30,618 nt of DNA from Chloroflexota bacterium. Its GTDB lineage: Bacteria; Chloroflexota; UBA11872; UBA12225. Each line of letters begins with the position of its first letter. The first letter of the stretch is position 1. The position numbers and the translations under genes were made by a program. Positions 1 through 8,897 of this stretch are shown here, in pieces. The stretch is from positions 1 through 30,618 of the forward strand of contig DASTZM010000633.1 in the NCBI GenBank assembly GCA_035764305.1, given 5' to 3'. The notes under the pieces are model-generated. The model was not told the DNA's origin. It made no database searches and was given only the letters and a program-made list of their open reading frames with translations.

Positions 1-53
1 TACGTGCTTACGCACACCAACTCTAGCAGGGCCGGGAGCCTTTGGGACCCGTC

Positions 54-107
54 TTCATCGCGCCCTCATGTGCGACTCATGCGGCCCTCATGAAGGCCGC
101 CTACAGT
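54..107 (+). promoter_or_regulatory. Promoter with four 11-bp-period direct repeats (OmpR/PhoB-type operator) and -10 element
   Basis: TTCATC(54), CTCATG(65), CTCATG(76), CTCATG(87), then a 9-bp gap, then TACAGT(102-107). Confidence 0.75.
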
Positions 108-135
108 CCTCCGGTCGCTTGACGCAGGACGTGCG

Positions 136-2100
136 GTGGTAACGGTAAACGCAGACACTGTTCCCCCGCCGCGCCGCCGCAGCCGGCTTCGGCGCTGGCT
201 CCTGGAAGGCCATCCCTCCGAGATGGAGGGCATGTACGAGGAGCTGGAGAGGCACCCCGAGCACCACCAGCACCCATGGTGGCGGGTGATGTGCCTCACC
301 GGGGTCGACTACTTCTCGACGCTCGGTTACCAGCCCGGGATCGCCTTCCTGGCGGCGGGGGTGCTCTCGCCCATCGCAACGGCCATCCTGGTGTTGGTCA
401 CGCTCGTCTGCGCGCTGCCGGTCTACCGGCGCGTCGCAGAGGAGAGCCCGCACGGCGAGGGATCGCTCGCGATGCTGCGCGATCTCCTGTCGTGGTGGCA
501 GGGCAAGCTGGTCGTCCTGGTGCTGCTCGGCTTCGTCGCGACGGCGTTTGTCATCACGATCACGCTGTCGGCGGCGGACGCCGCGGCGCACATCGAGGAG
601 AACCCGCTCGTCGCTCACCTGCTTCACGGCCTGCGTCTGCCGCTGACGCTGCTCCTCATCGCCGCGCTGGGCGCGGTATTCCTGAAGGGCTTTTCCGAAG
701 CGATCGGGATCGCCGTGGTCCTCGTCGCGGCGTACCTAGGGTTGAACCTCGTCGTGATTGCGACCGGGCTGTGGCAGATCGCGCAGGAGCCACAGCACCT
801 GGCCGACTGGCAGCGCGTGCTGACCGTCAGCCACGGGAGCCCCGCGTTGATGGTGGCCGGCGCGCTGCTTGCCTTCCCCAAGCTGGCGCTGGGACTCTCG
901 GGGTTCGAGACGGGTGTGGTGGTCATGCCCCTGGTCCGGGGCGAAGGTGGGGACGACCCGCACAAGCCGGCCGGCCGCATCGCCAACACGCGCAAGCTGC
1001 TGCTGAGCGCGGCACTGATCATGTGCTTCTACCTGGCCGCGAGCAGCCTGGTGACGACGGTCCTGATCCCGGCGGCTGAGTTCGAGCCGGGTGGGGCTGC
1101 CAACGGACGCGCGCTCGCCCACCTCGCGCATGGACTGCTCGGCAGCGTCTTCGGCACGGCGTACGACGTTTCGACGATTCTGATCCTGTGGTTCGCCGGG
1201 TCATCGGCGATGGCGGGGCTGCTGAACATCGTCCCACGCTACCTGCCCAGGTACGGCATGGCGCCCGACTGGACGCTCGCCACCCGGCCGCTGGTGATCG
1301 TCTTCACGCTGATCTGTTTCGTCGTGACGTTCATCTTCCAGGCGCAGGTGGATGCGCAGGCGGGCGCGTATGCCACCGGCGTGCTGGTCTTCATGCTCTC
1401 CGGCGCGTTCGCCGTGACGCTGACCTCGTGGCGCAAGGGCGAGCGCGTCCGCGCGTACGGCTACGGCGCCGCGACGCTGGTGTTCCTCTACGCGACACTG
1501 GTCAACGAGGTAGAGCGCCCCGACGGCGCGCTCATCGCGCTGTGCTTCATCGTGGCGATCGTGTTCATCTCGATCGCGTCACGCATCCAGCGCTCTACCG
1601 AGCTGCGCGCGACGACGATCGTGGTGGACGAGACCGCGCGGCGCTTCATCGAGGAGGTCGCGCACCACGGGCCGATCCGTATCGTGGCCAACCAGCCCGA
1701 CGAGCGCGACTGGCGCGAGTACCTCCTGAAGGAGTGGGAGGAGCGCAACGACCACCACATCCCCCCCGGGGAGCCGATCCTATTCTTCGAGGTGACGATC
1801 ACCGATCCGTCTGAGTTCCAGCACGAGCTGCACGTGAGCGGTGTCGAGGTGGCCGGGTACCGCGTGCTGCGCGCCGGGAGCCCGTCGGTTGCGCACGCCA
1901 TCGCCGCGTTCCTACTCTGGATACGGGACGAGATCGGTCAGGTGCCGCACTGCTACTTTGACTGGACAGAGGGCAGCCCGCTGGCGCACATCGGGCGCTT
2001 CCTGCTCTTCGGCAGCGGCGACATCCCACCTGTCACGCGCGAGATCCTGCGCGGCTGCGAGCCCGACCCCACCGAACGCCCCGTCATCCACGTGAGCTAA
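136..2100 (+). CDS. APC-superfamily permease, KUP/KimA-like (putative K+ or amino-acid transporter)
   Basis: About 12 hydrophobic segments plus a soluble C-terminal domain. TM1 [13 protein letters not shown] keeps the D-x6-Y spacing of KimA/KUP. GTG start with AGGAC 5 nt upstream. Confidence 0.85.
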   Translation: MVTVNADTVPPPRRRSRLRRWLLEGHPSEMEGMYEELERHPEHHQHPWWRVMCLTGVDYFSTLGYQPGIAFLAAGVLSPIATAILVLVTLVCALPVYRRVAEESPHGEGSLAMLRDLLSWWQGKLVVLVLLGFVATAFVITITLSAADAAAHIEENPLVAHLLHGLRLPLTLLLIAALGAVFLKGFSEAIGIAVVLVAAYLGLNLVVIATGLWQIAQEPQHLADWQRVLTVSHGSPALMVAGALLAFPKLALGLSGFETGVVVMPLVRGEGGDDPHKPAGRIANTRKLLLSAALIMCFYLAASSLVTTVLIPAAEFEPGGAANGRALAHLAHGLLGSVFGTAYDVSTILILWFAGSSAMAGLLNIVPRYLPRYGMAPDWTLATRPLVIVFTLICFVVTFIFQAQVDAQAGAYATGVLVFMLSGAFAVTLTSWRKGERVRAYGYGAATLVFLYATLVNEVERPDGALIALCFIVAIVFISIASRIQRSTELRATTIVVDETARRFIEEVAHHGPIRIVANQPDERDWREYLLKEWEERNDHHIPPGEPILFFEVTITDPSEFQHELHVSGVEVAGYRVLRAGSPSVAHAIAAFLLWIRDEIGQVPHCYFDWTEGSPLAHIGRFLLFGSGDIPPVTREILRGCEPDPTERPVIHVS

Positions 2101-2113
2101 ACGCCGGGCGGCG

Positions 2114-4534
2114 CTACGCCTCCAAGTGGAACGGCACGCTAATCACTGCCGTTCTCGGCCTGAACAGCAGCGCCCCCTTGATCATCAGCGCAGTATGGGT
2201 GTGGAGCAGATGCTCCCACCAGTGCGCCGGGATGAACTCGGGCAGCAGCACCGTCACGATGGCGGTGCCCTCGGGATGGCGACGCTCCACTAGGTCCACG
2301 TAGCGCATCAGCGGCCCCACCAGCGACCGGAACGGCGCCTCGACGACGACAAGCTCCACGCCCGGATCGTACTGCTCCCATTGCTCCTGCAGGTGCTCGG
2401 CCTCGTCGGCGTCGTCGGTGACGTGGATCGCCTGGATGACTGTGTGGCGCGCCGCGGGTGACCGCCCCGGCGAGCCGGGCGCAGGTGTGTTGTCGTACCC
2501 CGTGAGCGACCGCGCGTAGGTGACCGCGCGCAGGGCGGCGCGGTTGAGGGCCGCCACCGGAATCAGCACGTAGTGGTGGACCTTGGGGACCTGCCGGTCG
2601 GGGTGCTCGGTGTTGTCGGTCGGGTCGATCGCCATCTGCGCCGCGACCGCCCGGTAGTGCGATCGGATGGTCAGCAGCAGGGTGACCAGCCCCGGGATGA
2701 GAATCAGCACGACCCACGCGCCGAGCGCGAATTTCGTGATCCCGACGATCACCAGCACGATCGCGGTCGCCGCGGTGCCCACCGCGTTCACGGCGAGACG
2801 CACCCGCCAACCCGGCTCGCGCGTGCGCCACCACCGCGCCACGAGGGCGGCCTGGGAGAGGGTGAACGCGGTGAAGACGCCGATGCCGTAGAGGGGCAGC
2901 AGGCTGGTGACGCTGCCCTGGAACAGGACGATCAGCACAGCGGCGACGACGGCCAGGATGATGATGCCGTTGCTGAATGCGAGGCGCGCGCCCTGGAAAG
3001 CGAAGTGGCTCGGCAGGAACTTGTCGCGTGCCAGGAAGTACGCCAGGCGCGGGAAGTCGGCGAACGCCGTGTTCGCCGCCAGCACGAGCAGCAGCGCGGT
3101 GGAGAACTGCACCAGGTAGTAGTAGGGGCCGATCCCGACCAGCGTGCGCGTGAGCTGGCTGTTCACGGTCTCCACTTCGCTGGGGTCGGGGACGATGTGC
3201 AGCCAGTTGGCGAGAAGACTGATCCCCAGGAAGATCACGGCGAAGCACGCCGCCATCACGACCAGCACCAACCGCGCGTTGCGGTCGGCGGGCTCCTTGA
3301 ACGCCGCCACGCCGTCGGCGATGGCCTCGGTGCCCGTGAGACCGACCGCGCCTGAGGCAAAGGCGCGAAGAATCAGGAACGCGGAGAGCGCTTGCGCACC
3401 GTGGCCGACGTGCCCCGCGACGTTCTCCGGCGGCGCGACGTACGCCGGCGTATCGCCCGTGAGATAGCGGTAGACGCCGAAGCCTAGGAGGCCGAGCATC
3501 GCCGCGAGGTAGACGTAGGCCGGCGCCGCGAAGAGGCTCCCCGACTCGCGCAAGCCGCGCAGGTTGCCCCATGCCATGATGGTCACCGCCAGCACAGCCA
3601 GCAGCACCCGGTTCTCGAACAGGACGGGGAAGGCCGACGTCAGCGCGGCCACGCCCGCGCTGACCGACACCGCCACGGTGAGCACGTAGCCCACCTGGAT
3701 CGACGCGCCGGCGACGAGTCCGGGGATCGTTCCCAGGTTGTCGCTTGTCACGATGTATGACCCACCCCCCTTGGGGTAGGCCTTGATCGTCTGGAGGTAC
3801 GAGATGACGACGATGACGAGCAGCAGGCCGATCGCGATCGCGAGCGGCAGGGTGAGCGAGACCGCGGCGACTCCGGCCGCGACCAGCACACGCATGATCT
3901 CCTCGCTGGCGTACGCGGACGACGAGATGTTGTCCGAACCGAAGACGGCCAGGGCTTGCGTGTTGGAGAGGCGCTCGTGCGCCTCGTTCTCGCTGCGGAT
4001 CGGCGTGCCGATCAGCGCCAGCTTGGCGCGGCGTACGAACTTGGAGAAGCCGCCGCGCGGCGCGGGCTCGGAGCTGATCTCGTACACGCCGGGCTCGAGG
4101 CGCCGCACCCCCTCGAACTTGGGGCGCACGATGCGGAAGGCGCGGTCGCCAGCGTGCAGGGGTCGGGTGCGCTCGCGCCCGGGCGCCAGGATGTCCACGT
4201 GCTCGGGCGCGTGCTCGGCGCTCGCGTCGCCTACTGGAGGCGGTACGGGGAAGGGGGTGTCTGCGGGGAAGCGAGCGCCTGCCGGCGGCGGTGCGGGGGC
4301 CAGCGCCGCCGCCGGCAGGTCCATGGGAGGCTCCTGGCCGTTCGGCCTGACCCCGCCTAGACGCTCCCTTTCGGCTGCGCTGAGCTCCCCGTTTGGTCGG
4401 GGCGCGGGCTCATCGCCAGCGGCTGGCGCCGGCTGTTCGGGCGTGGTCTCCCCCGTGCCGCCGTTACCGCCACCGCCGCCGCTCGAGCGCCGTCTGACGA
4501 CGCGCGGCTTGTCCGCCTCCGGGAGGACCGGCAC
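2114..4534 (-). CDS. kimA: KimA-like K+/H+ symporter (APC family) with long N-terminal extension
   Basis: TM1 SDNISSSAYASEEI resembles KimA SDALSSVAYGTEQI. AYPKGGGSY, LTGTEAI and ANTAFADFPRL motifs; C-terminal domain ending LPEFIPAHWWEHLLH. GTG 4534 lies 6 nt after the -10 TATGCT. Alternative ATG at 4324 has an AGGAG RBS. The ORF-track start at 4786 is unlikely. Confidence 0.85.
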   Translation of the reverse strand: MPVLPEADKPRVVRRRSSGGGGGNGGTGETTPEQPAPAAGDEPAPRPNGELSAAERERLGGVRPNGQEPPMDLPAAALAPAPPPAGARFPADTPFPVPPPVGDASAEHAPEHVDILAPGRERTRPLHAGDRAFRIVRPKFEGVRRLEPGVYEISSEPAPRGGFSKFVRRAKLALIGTPIRSENEAHERLSNTQALAVFGSDNISSSAYASEEIMRVLVAAGVAAVSLTLPLAIAIGLLLVIVVISYLQTIKAYPKGGGSYIVTSDNLGTIPGLVAGASIQVGYVLTVAVSVSAGVAALTSAFPVLFENRVLLAVLAVTIMAWGNLRGLRESGSLFAAPAYVYLAAMLGLLGFGVYRYLTGDTPAYVAPPENVAGHVGHGAQALSAFLILRAFASGAVGLTGTEAIADGVAAFKEPADRNARLVLVVMAACFAVIFLGISLLANWLHIVPDPSEVETVNSQLTRTLVGIGPYYYLVQFSTALLLVLAANTAFADFPRLAYFLARDKFLPSHFAFQGARLAFSNGIIILAVVAAVLIVLFQGSVTSLLPLYGIGVFTAFTLSQAALVARWWRTREPGWRVRLAVNAVGTAATAIVLVIVGITKFALGAWVVLILIPGLVTLLLTIRSHYRAVAAQMAIDPTDNTEHPDRQVPKVHHYVLIPVAALNRAALRAVTYARSLTGYDNTPAPGSPGRSPAARHTVIQAIHVTDDADEAEHLQEQWEQYDPGVELVVVEAPFRSLVGPLMRYVDLVERRHPEGTAIVTVLLPEFIPAHWWEHLLHTHTALMIKGALLFRPRTAVISVPFHLEA

Positions 4535-4540
4535 TTGGGC

Positions 4541-4594
4541 AGCATAGGCGTCCCTTATGAAGGCACGATGAGGCGCACGTGAGTCGCGGATGAA
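4541..4594 (-). promoter_or_regulatory. kimA promoter: four 11-bp-period repeats and -10 element
   Basis: Minus strand TTCATC, CTCACG, CTCATC, TTCATA (4594-4556), a 9-bp gap, then TATGCT (4546-4541). Confidence 0.75.
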
Positions 4595-4941
4595 GTCCGC
4601 AGGGGCCGCACGTCGTTTGCCTCCAGGTAGGCCGCGTAGCCGCCCAGGGCGACCAGGAGTAACGCCAGCTCGGGCCGGCCCCCCACCAGCAGGGTCACCA
4701 CGGCCGTCGCCAGGGACGCCACCGCGGCGACCACCACCACATGCCATGCCCGGCGCCGGTGGTACTTGATCCGCAACGTGAGGCACGTCTCGTGGAAGGT
4801 GCTCGGGCGCCGCAGGAAGAGCACGCGACGGCCGCGCTGATGGGCGGCGGTGACCAGCGCGGCCCGCCCGCCAGCGCCGCCGTCTTCATGTCCCAGGATC
4901 AGGCGTCCGCACTCCTCGCAGCGCGCGTAGTCCCGCAGCAT
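4555..4941 (-). CDS. Small hypothetical membrane protein with CxxC...HxxC putative Zn site and two TM helices
   Basis: MLRDYARCEECG...FHETC, followed by two hydrophobic helices. ATG 4941 lies just downstream of the -10 TACTGT. Confidence 0.6.
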   Translation of the reverse strand: MLRDYARCEECGRLILGHEDGGAGGRAALVTAAHQRGRRVLFLRRPSTFHETCLTLRIKYHRRRAWHVVVVAAVASLATAVVTLLVGGRPELALLLVALGGYAAYLEANDVRPLRTSSATHVRLIVPS

Positions 4942-4953
4942 CCGACCACGTGC

Positions 4954-4985
4954 ACAGTACGCCGCCCACATGAAGGGTCGATGAA
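4954..4985 (-). promoter_or_regulatory. Promoter with two 11-bp-period repeats and -10 element
   Basis: Minus strand TTCATC (4985-4980), TTCATG (4974-4969), a 9-bp gap, then TACTGT (4959-4954). Confidence 0.65.
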
Positions 4986-4993
4986 GCCGTACT

Positions 4994-5047
4994 TTCATGT
5001 CGTCCTAACGACGCGCTCATGGTGGGCTCATAGCGCTCGGGTAGCGT
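4994..5047 (+). promoter_or_regulatory. Promoter with four 11-bp-period repeats and -10 element
   Basis: TTCATG(4994), CTAACG(5005), CTCATG(5016), CTCATA(5027), a 9-bp gap, then TAGCGT(5042-5047). Confidence 0.72.
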
Positions 5048-5058
5048 TCTGCCTTCGA

Positions 5059-5988
5059 GTGGAGGGCGCCGGCGGCGGGCTGTACCTGCGGTTCTGGGGC
5101 ACGCGCGGCTCGATTCCCACTCCGGGCACCGGCACCACGCGTTACGGCGGCAACACCTCGTGCGTCTCGGTGGAGCCGGCCGTCCCCGCGGATGGCGCCG
5201 CACCGGGCACCGAGCTGTTCGTCCTGGACTCGGGATCGGGAATCCGCCTGCTGGGGCTGGACGTGCTGCGCCGGAAGCGACTGCCGCTCACGGCGCACCT
5301 GCTGCTGACGCACACGCACTGGGACCACATCCAGGGCTTCCCCTTCTTCGCCCCGGCGTTCATCCCGGGCAACACCATCACGGTCTACGGCGCGGCGGGC
5401 TCGGATGAAGACCTGGCGGGCGCGCTGGCGGGGCAGATGCTGCACCGCAACTTTCCCGTGAGCCTGCACCAGCTCGGCGCGAGGATCGCCTTCACCACAG
5501 TCGCGCCTGGCGCGCAGCAGATCGGTCCCGCCACGGTGACCAGCGCGCCGCTCAACCATCCTGGCGCCACCGTGGGCTACCGGATCGACCTGGGCGGTCG
5601 GAGCGTCGCGTACGTGACGGACTGTGAGCCCCGCGGAACCGCACCCGCGGCGCCGCCGGACTTCGCAGTGGTGGGGCTGGCCTCCGGGGCGGACGTGCTG
5701 ATCCACGACGCGCAGTACACCGACGACGAGTACCCCGCCAAGATCGGCTGGGGGCACAGCCCCACGAGCTACGTGGTCGACCTGGCGCTCGCCGCCGGTG
5801 TGCGCCGGCTGTACCTCTTCCACCACGATCCGCTGCGCGACGACACGCAGATCGACGCGCTCGTGGAGGCGGCGCGGGCCCGTGCGACGCAGGCGGGTGG
5901 CGATCTCGAGATCGAGGCCGCAGCGGAAGGAACGTCGCTCCACCTGCCGGCGGCCGCCGCGGCGCCGGCGCTGACCGCCGCGGGCTAG
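5059..5988 (+). CDS. MBL-fold metallo-hydrolase (RNase Z / cyclic-nucleotide phosphodiesterase-like)
   Basis: FWGTRGSIPTPG...YGGNTSC N-terminus, THTHWDHIQG (HxHxDH), NHPG, HDAQY, WGHS and HHDP motifs. GTG 5059 chosen because it follows the promoter; the 4741 start overlaps the opposite-strand gene. Confidence 0.85.
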   Translation: MEGAGGGLYLRFWGTRGSIPTPGTGTTRYGGNTSCVSVEPAVPADGAAPGTELFVLDSGSGIRLLGLDVLRRKRLPLTAHLLLTHTHWDHIQGFPFFAPAFIPGNTITVYGAAGSDEDLAGALAGQMLHRNFPVSLHQLGARIAFTTVAPGAQQIGPATVTSAPLNHPGATVGYRIDLGGRSVAYVTDCEPRGTAPAAPPDFAVVGLASGADVLIHDAQYTDDEYPAKIGWGHSPTSYVVDLALAAGVRRLYLFHHDPLRDDTQIDALVEAARARATQAGGDLEIEAAAEGTSLHLPAAAAAPALTAAG

Positions 5989-5998
5989 CGCATCGCGC

Positions 5999-6259
5999 TC
6001 AGGCGCCGAACCTCCAGGCCACACGCCAGCCGCGCGGCACGGGGAGGTGGGCGCGCTGCAGGCGGCATTGCCCGACGTCGTCGACCAAGCACGTCCACTC
6101 GCCGGTGCGCGTCAGACGCATGGCCAGGCGACGCAGCGTGTAGCCGCGCGCCCACGTCAGAAACGCCTCCTCGTCGTCGTCGGAGAGTGGCTCGTCCGGT
6201 GGGAGGCCCTCGCGCAGCGCGTAGGCCTCGCGCAGCTCGGTGGGGAAAGTGATCGCCAC
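5999..6259 (-). CDS. Small hypothetical protein (86 aa)
   Basis: GTG start overlaps the upstream TAG (TAGTG). Protein-like sequence AITFPTELREAYALREGLPPDEPLSDDDEEAFLTWARGY. Confidence 0.55.
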   Translation of the reverse strand: MAITFPTELREAYALREGLPPDEPLSDDDEEAFLTWARGYTLRRLAMRLTRTGEWTCLVDDVGQCRLQRAHLPVPRGWRVAWRFGA

Positions 6260-7149
6260 TAGTGTCCGCCCACGTCTGCACGGCGCGCGCCGCGCTTCGG
6301 TGCGGTGCGGAGCCCGCCCGCGCGCACACCTGCCTTGACGGCCGCCGCTTCCAGGGCGAGCAGCTCCTCGTCGACCAGGTCCATGATCGTCGGGGGGCGG
6401 GTGGCGTTGGCCCATAGGTGCTCGTCCAGTTGTGCCAGCGCCGCCGCCATGCGCTCGGGGCGCTCGCGGGTGACGGACTTGATCGCCGCCAGCGTCAGCT
6501 GGTCCCGTTCACCCGTCCAGAGGCCGCGGTTGTTCACGTCCATGGCGGCTGCCCGCTGCTCGGCCGCCGTCAGCAGACGCTGCACCTCGGCGTCGCCGGC
6601 GTACCACGCCGCGCGCAGCCGCACGAGCTCGATCGCCTGACGGTCGAGAGGCTGGGCCGCGTCCAGCGCCAAGCGCTGCCCGACGTCCAGGATCTGGTAG
6701 GTCAGCATCCGCAGCGCGCCCTGGTCGGTGTTCTTCTCCTTCGGGAGGTCGGAGTAGGTCGCGGTCATCCACAGCGCGCCCAGCGCGAGCCGCCAGAACT
6801 CGGGCGCCGTCCCGGTGCGCCGCCCGTGCGCCTCGACCTCGGCCTGGAGCTGCGCCGCGGCCTCGCGGTAGAACACGCACATCATGTCGGCGTCGTCGAT
6901 CAGCCAGCAGGCACGACCCGCACGGAGCAGGAGCAGGGCGTCTGGCTCGGCGCGGGGCAGGCGCACCAGGTGGTTCTGCGCCTGGCGCAGCGTGTAAAGC
7001 AGCTCCCGTCCCAGCGTGGACGTCGCCGCCCGTCGCCGCTCGGGTATCGGTGGCTCGGCAACGGCGGCGCTCCCCACAAGACGCGGGACCGTGCGCGGCG
7101 CGGCCGGCGCCGCACCGGCCGGCCGCCACGGGCGACTAGGCTGCACCAA
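6259..7149 (-). CDS. Hypothetical helical protein
   Basis: 296-aa ORF with coding-like composition. Overlaps the PilZ gene end by 14 nt and the next gene by 1 nt. No recognisable motif; the start is uncertain. Confidence 0.6.
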   Translation of the reverse strand: MVQPSRPWRPAGAAPAAPRTVPRLVGSAAVAEPPIPERRRAATSTLGRELLYTLRQAQNHLVRLPRAEPDALLLLRAGRACWLIDDADMMCVFYREAAAQLQAEVEAHGRRTGTAPEFWRLALGALWMTATYSDLPKEKNTDQGALRMLTYQILDVGQRLALDAAQPLDRQAIELVRLRAAWYAGDAEVQRLLTAAEQRAAAMDVNNRGLWTGERDQLTLAAIKSVTRERPERMAAALAQLDEHLWANATRPPTIMDLVDEELLALEAAAVKAGVRAGGLRTAPKRGARRADVGGH

Positions 7150-7834
7150 TCCGTCGCTCCTCCGCCTGGTGGCGGTGCACCGCCTTGATCAGGCGCTCGC
7201 GCGTGCGGCGCGCGATCTCGTCCATCTGCAATCCCACGATCCACTTGCCCGACCGGGCGCGGGCCCCGCTGCCCCTCGGTGGCGCCTGCACTCGGCACAT
7301 CTTTGCCTCGCCGATCCCGACGCACTCGCCACCCCCGTAGGGGAGTGGGAAGCGGACCCGCACCCGTGATCCCACCGGCACCTCCTCGTCCGCCAGCAAG
7401 CCGATCCCGCCGCCGCTCATGTCCTGGATCAGCGCGCGCACGGGGCGCCAGTACGCCTCGTCGCGCCCGTCGGAGAGGTCCCAGACAGCGCACTCGGTGG
7501 GGCGGAGCGACAGGTAGATGCGGAAATAGCCGCGCGACTGGCGCTGCCCCACCGCCAGGACGCGCACCACCAGCAGCGGCAGCGGCTGGCTCTGGCGCTG
7601 GAGTACCTCGCTTTCCAGGAACAGCGTCCCACCCCCCGGCGTCGGCACGATCACCTCGATCGGGTCGCCGATGGAAGGGATGACGAACGCACCACGGTGC
7701 GTCGGCATGGCCAGCGTCAGCCGGTCTTCCTGGTAGTCCTCGATCCGGCTCTTGTACTCGCCGTAGCCGTCGGCCGACTCGATCGCGATCTCGCACGTCG
7801 CGCCGATGCGGATCCCCGGCAGGCTGGCGACCAT
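7136..7834 (-). CDS. YcgR/flagellar-brake-like c-di-GMP receptor (YcgR_N + PilZ)
   Basis: PilZ motifs QSRGYFR (RxxxR) and DMSGGG (D/NxSxxG). N-terminal YKSRIEDYQEDRLTLAMP is typical of YcgR_2 domains. Confidence 0.85.
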   Translation of the reverse strand: MVASLPGIRIGATCEIAIESADGYGEYKSRIEDYQEDRLTLAMPTHRGAFVIPSIGDPIEVIVPTPGGGTLFLESEVLQRQSQPLPLLVVRVLAVGQRQSRGYFRIYLSLRPTECAVWDLSDGRDEAYWRPVRALIQDMSGGGIGLLADEEVPVGSRVRVRFPLPYGGGECVGIGEAKMCRVQAPPRGSGARARSGKWIVGLQMDEIARRTRERLIKAVHRHQAEERRIGAA

Positions 7835-7843
7835 CGCCGGGGA

Positions 7844-7897
7844 AGGATAGGTCCGCTAGATGAACCCCACCTAAGCCGTGAATGAAGGGACGATGAG
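7844..7897 (-). promoter_or_regulatory. PilZ-operon promoter: four 11-bp-period repeats and -10 element
   Basis: Minus strand CTCATC, TTCATT, CTTAGG, TTCATC (7897-7859), a 9-bp gap, then TATCCT (7849-7844). Confidence 0.72.
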
Positions 7898-7905
7898 GCC
7901 GGGAT

Positions 7906-7930
7906 CCGGTCCGCACCCCATCCGGACCGG
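7906..7930 (-). terminator. GC-rich hairpin downstream of the DHH gene (possible terminator)
   Basis: CCGGTCCG / CGGACCGG 8-bp stem with 9-nt loop, 5 nt after the stop; no U-tract. Confidence 0.35.
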
Positions 7931-7935
7931 CCGGA

Positions 7936-8826
7936 TCAGCCGTTCGCCTTGAGCGTCTCCAGGATGTCCTTGATGGCATCTTCGGCGACGTCCATCGTCG
8001 GCTGGCACGTACCCGCGCCGCGGTGGCCGCCGCCGCCCCACTTGGCCATCAACTCGCCCACGTTGGTCTTGCAGGTGCGGTTGAAAATGGAATGGCCCAC
8101 CTGGATGGAGATGAACTTCCCCGCCAGCCCGTCCGCGACGCGCATCGAGACGTTGCCCCGCATGTAGATCGTGTAGACCAGGAAGCGGTTGCCGGCGGGC
8201 AGGTTCTTCATCCCGCGCACGTCCATGTAGATCACGTTCTTGTCCAGCTTGGCGACCTGCTCCAGGTGGTGGAGGAACTCGCGGTTCTCCTCGCGCACGC
8301 GGCGCACGCGCTCGGCCACCTCCGGGTCCTGGAGGATCTGGTCGACGGGCTGCTGGCGCCCCAGCGTGATCAGCTTCTGGAAGTAGTCGCGGAACCCGCC
8401 CAGCCCGGTGCGCGGGTCGAGCGTCAGACCGAGGAGGATCCAGCCGTCGGGATGGCGCACCTCGTCCATCGTGAGCTGCGCGGCGTCGAGCTTGTCGGTC
8501 TCGTCGAGCAGTGTGCGGTAATGCTGGAACTTGGGGGACTTGTAGTGATCCGCGATGACGCGCGCCGCGCTCGGCGCGATGGAGTACGCCCCCTTGAACC
8601 CCTCCGGCCGCTCGGCCTCGCTGGCCTGGCTGGAGTGGTGGTCGAACCACATACCGGCGCGCGAGTCGTACGGCAGGTTGGCCAGGATGTCGTTGGAGGT
8701 GATATCGACCTTGCCGTCTTGCACGTCTTTGGGGTGCGCGAGCACCACCTCGTCGATCGGCTCGACCTCGTGCAGCAGGATCGCGCACGTCAGTCCGTCA
8801 AGGTCCCCACGCGTCACCAGTCTCAT
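7936..8826 (-). CDS. DHH-family phosphoesterase (NrnB / 'exopolyphosphatase'-like)
   Basis: N-terminal RGDLDG (DxDG), FDHH, and C-terminal GGGHRGAG (DHHA1). GGGAG RBS. Confidence 0.85.
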   Translation of the reverse strand: MRLVTRGDLDGLTCAILLHEVEPIDEVVLAHPKDVQDGKVDITSNDILANLPYDSRAGMWFDHHSSQASEAERPEGFKGAYSIAPSAARVIADHYKSPKFQHYRTLLDETDKLDAAQLTMDEVRHPDGWILLGLTLDPRTGLGGFRDYFQKLITLGRQQPVDQILQDPEVAERVRRVREENREFLHHLEQVAKLDKNVIYMDVRGMKNLPAGNRFLVYTIYMRGNVSMRVADGLAGKFISIQVGHSIFNRTCKTNVGELMAKWGGGGHRGAGTCQPTMDVAEDAIKDILETLKANG

Positions 8827-8897
8827 GTCATCGCTCCCGTCGGCAGTGCAGTGGCTGTGCTAGGACCCGGAGCGTACGGCACGGCGGGTGGACCTGT

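Noticed and set aside
54-92. Short repeats as a CRISPR array or iterons
   Set aside because: Units are 6-bp cores with 11-bp period and no spacers. There are no cas or rep genes, and they recur at a fixed distance from -10 elements.
4357-4545. 62-aa ORF with apparent AAGGGA RBS (possible leader peptide)
   Set aside because: Its ATG lies within the predicted -10 TATGCT and would not be transcribed. The peptide has shadow-frame composition.
4325-4620. c-di-AMP (ydaO) riboswitch upstream of kimA
   Set aside because: Only a GGGGAGACC-like fragment resembles the consensus. The region reads as in-frame coding sequence and the promoter geometry leaves no leader. An Infernal search with the ydaO-yuaA model would settle it.
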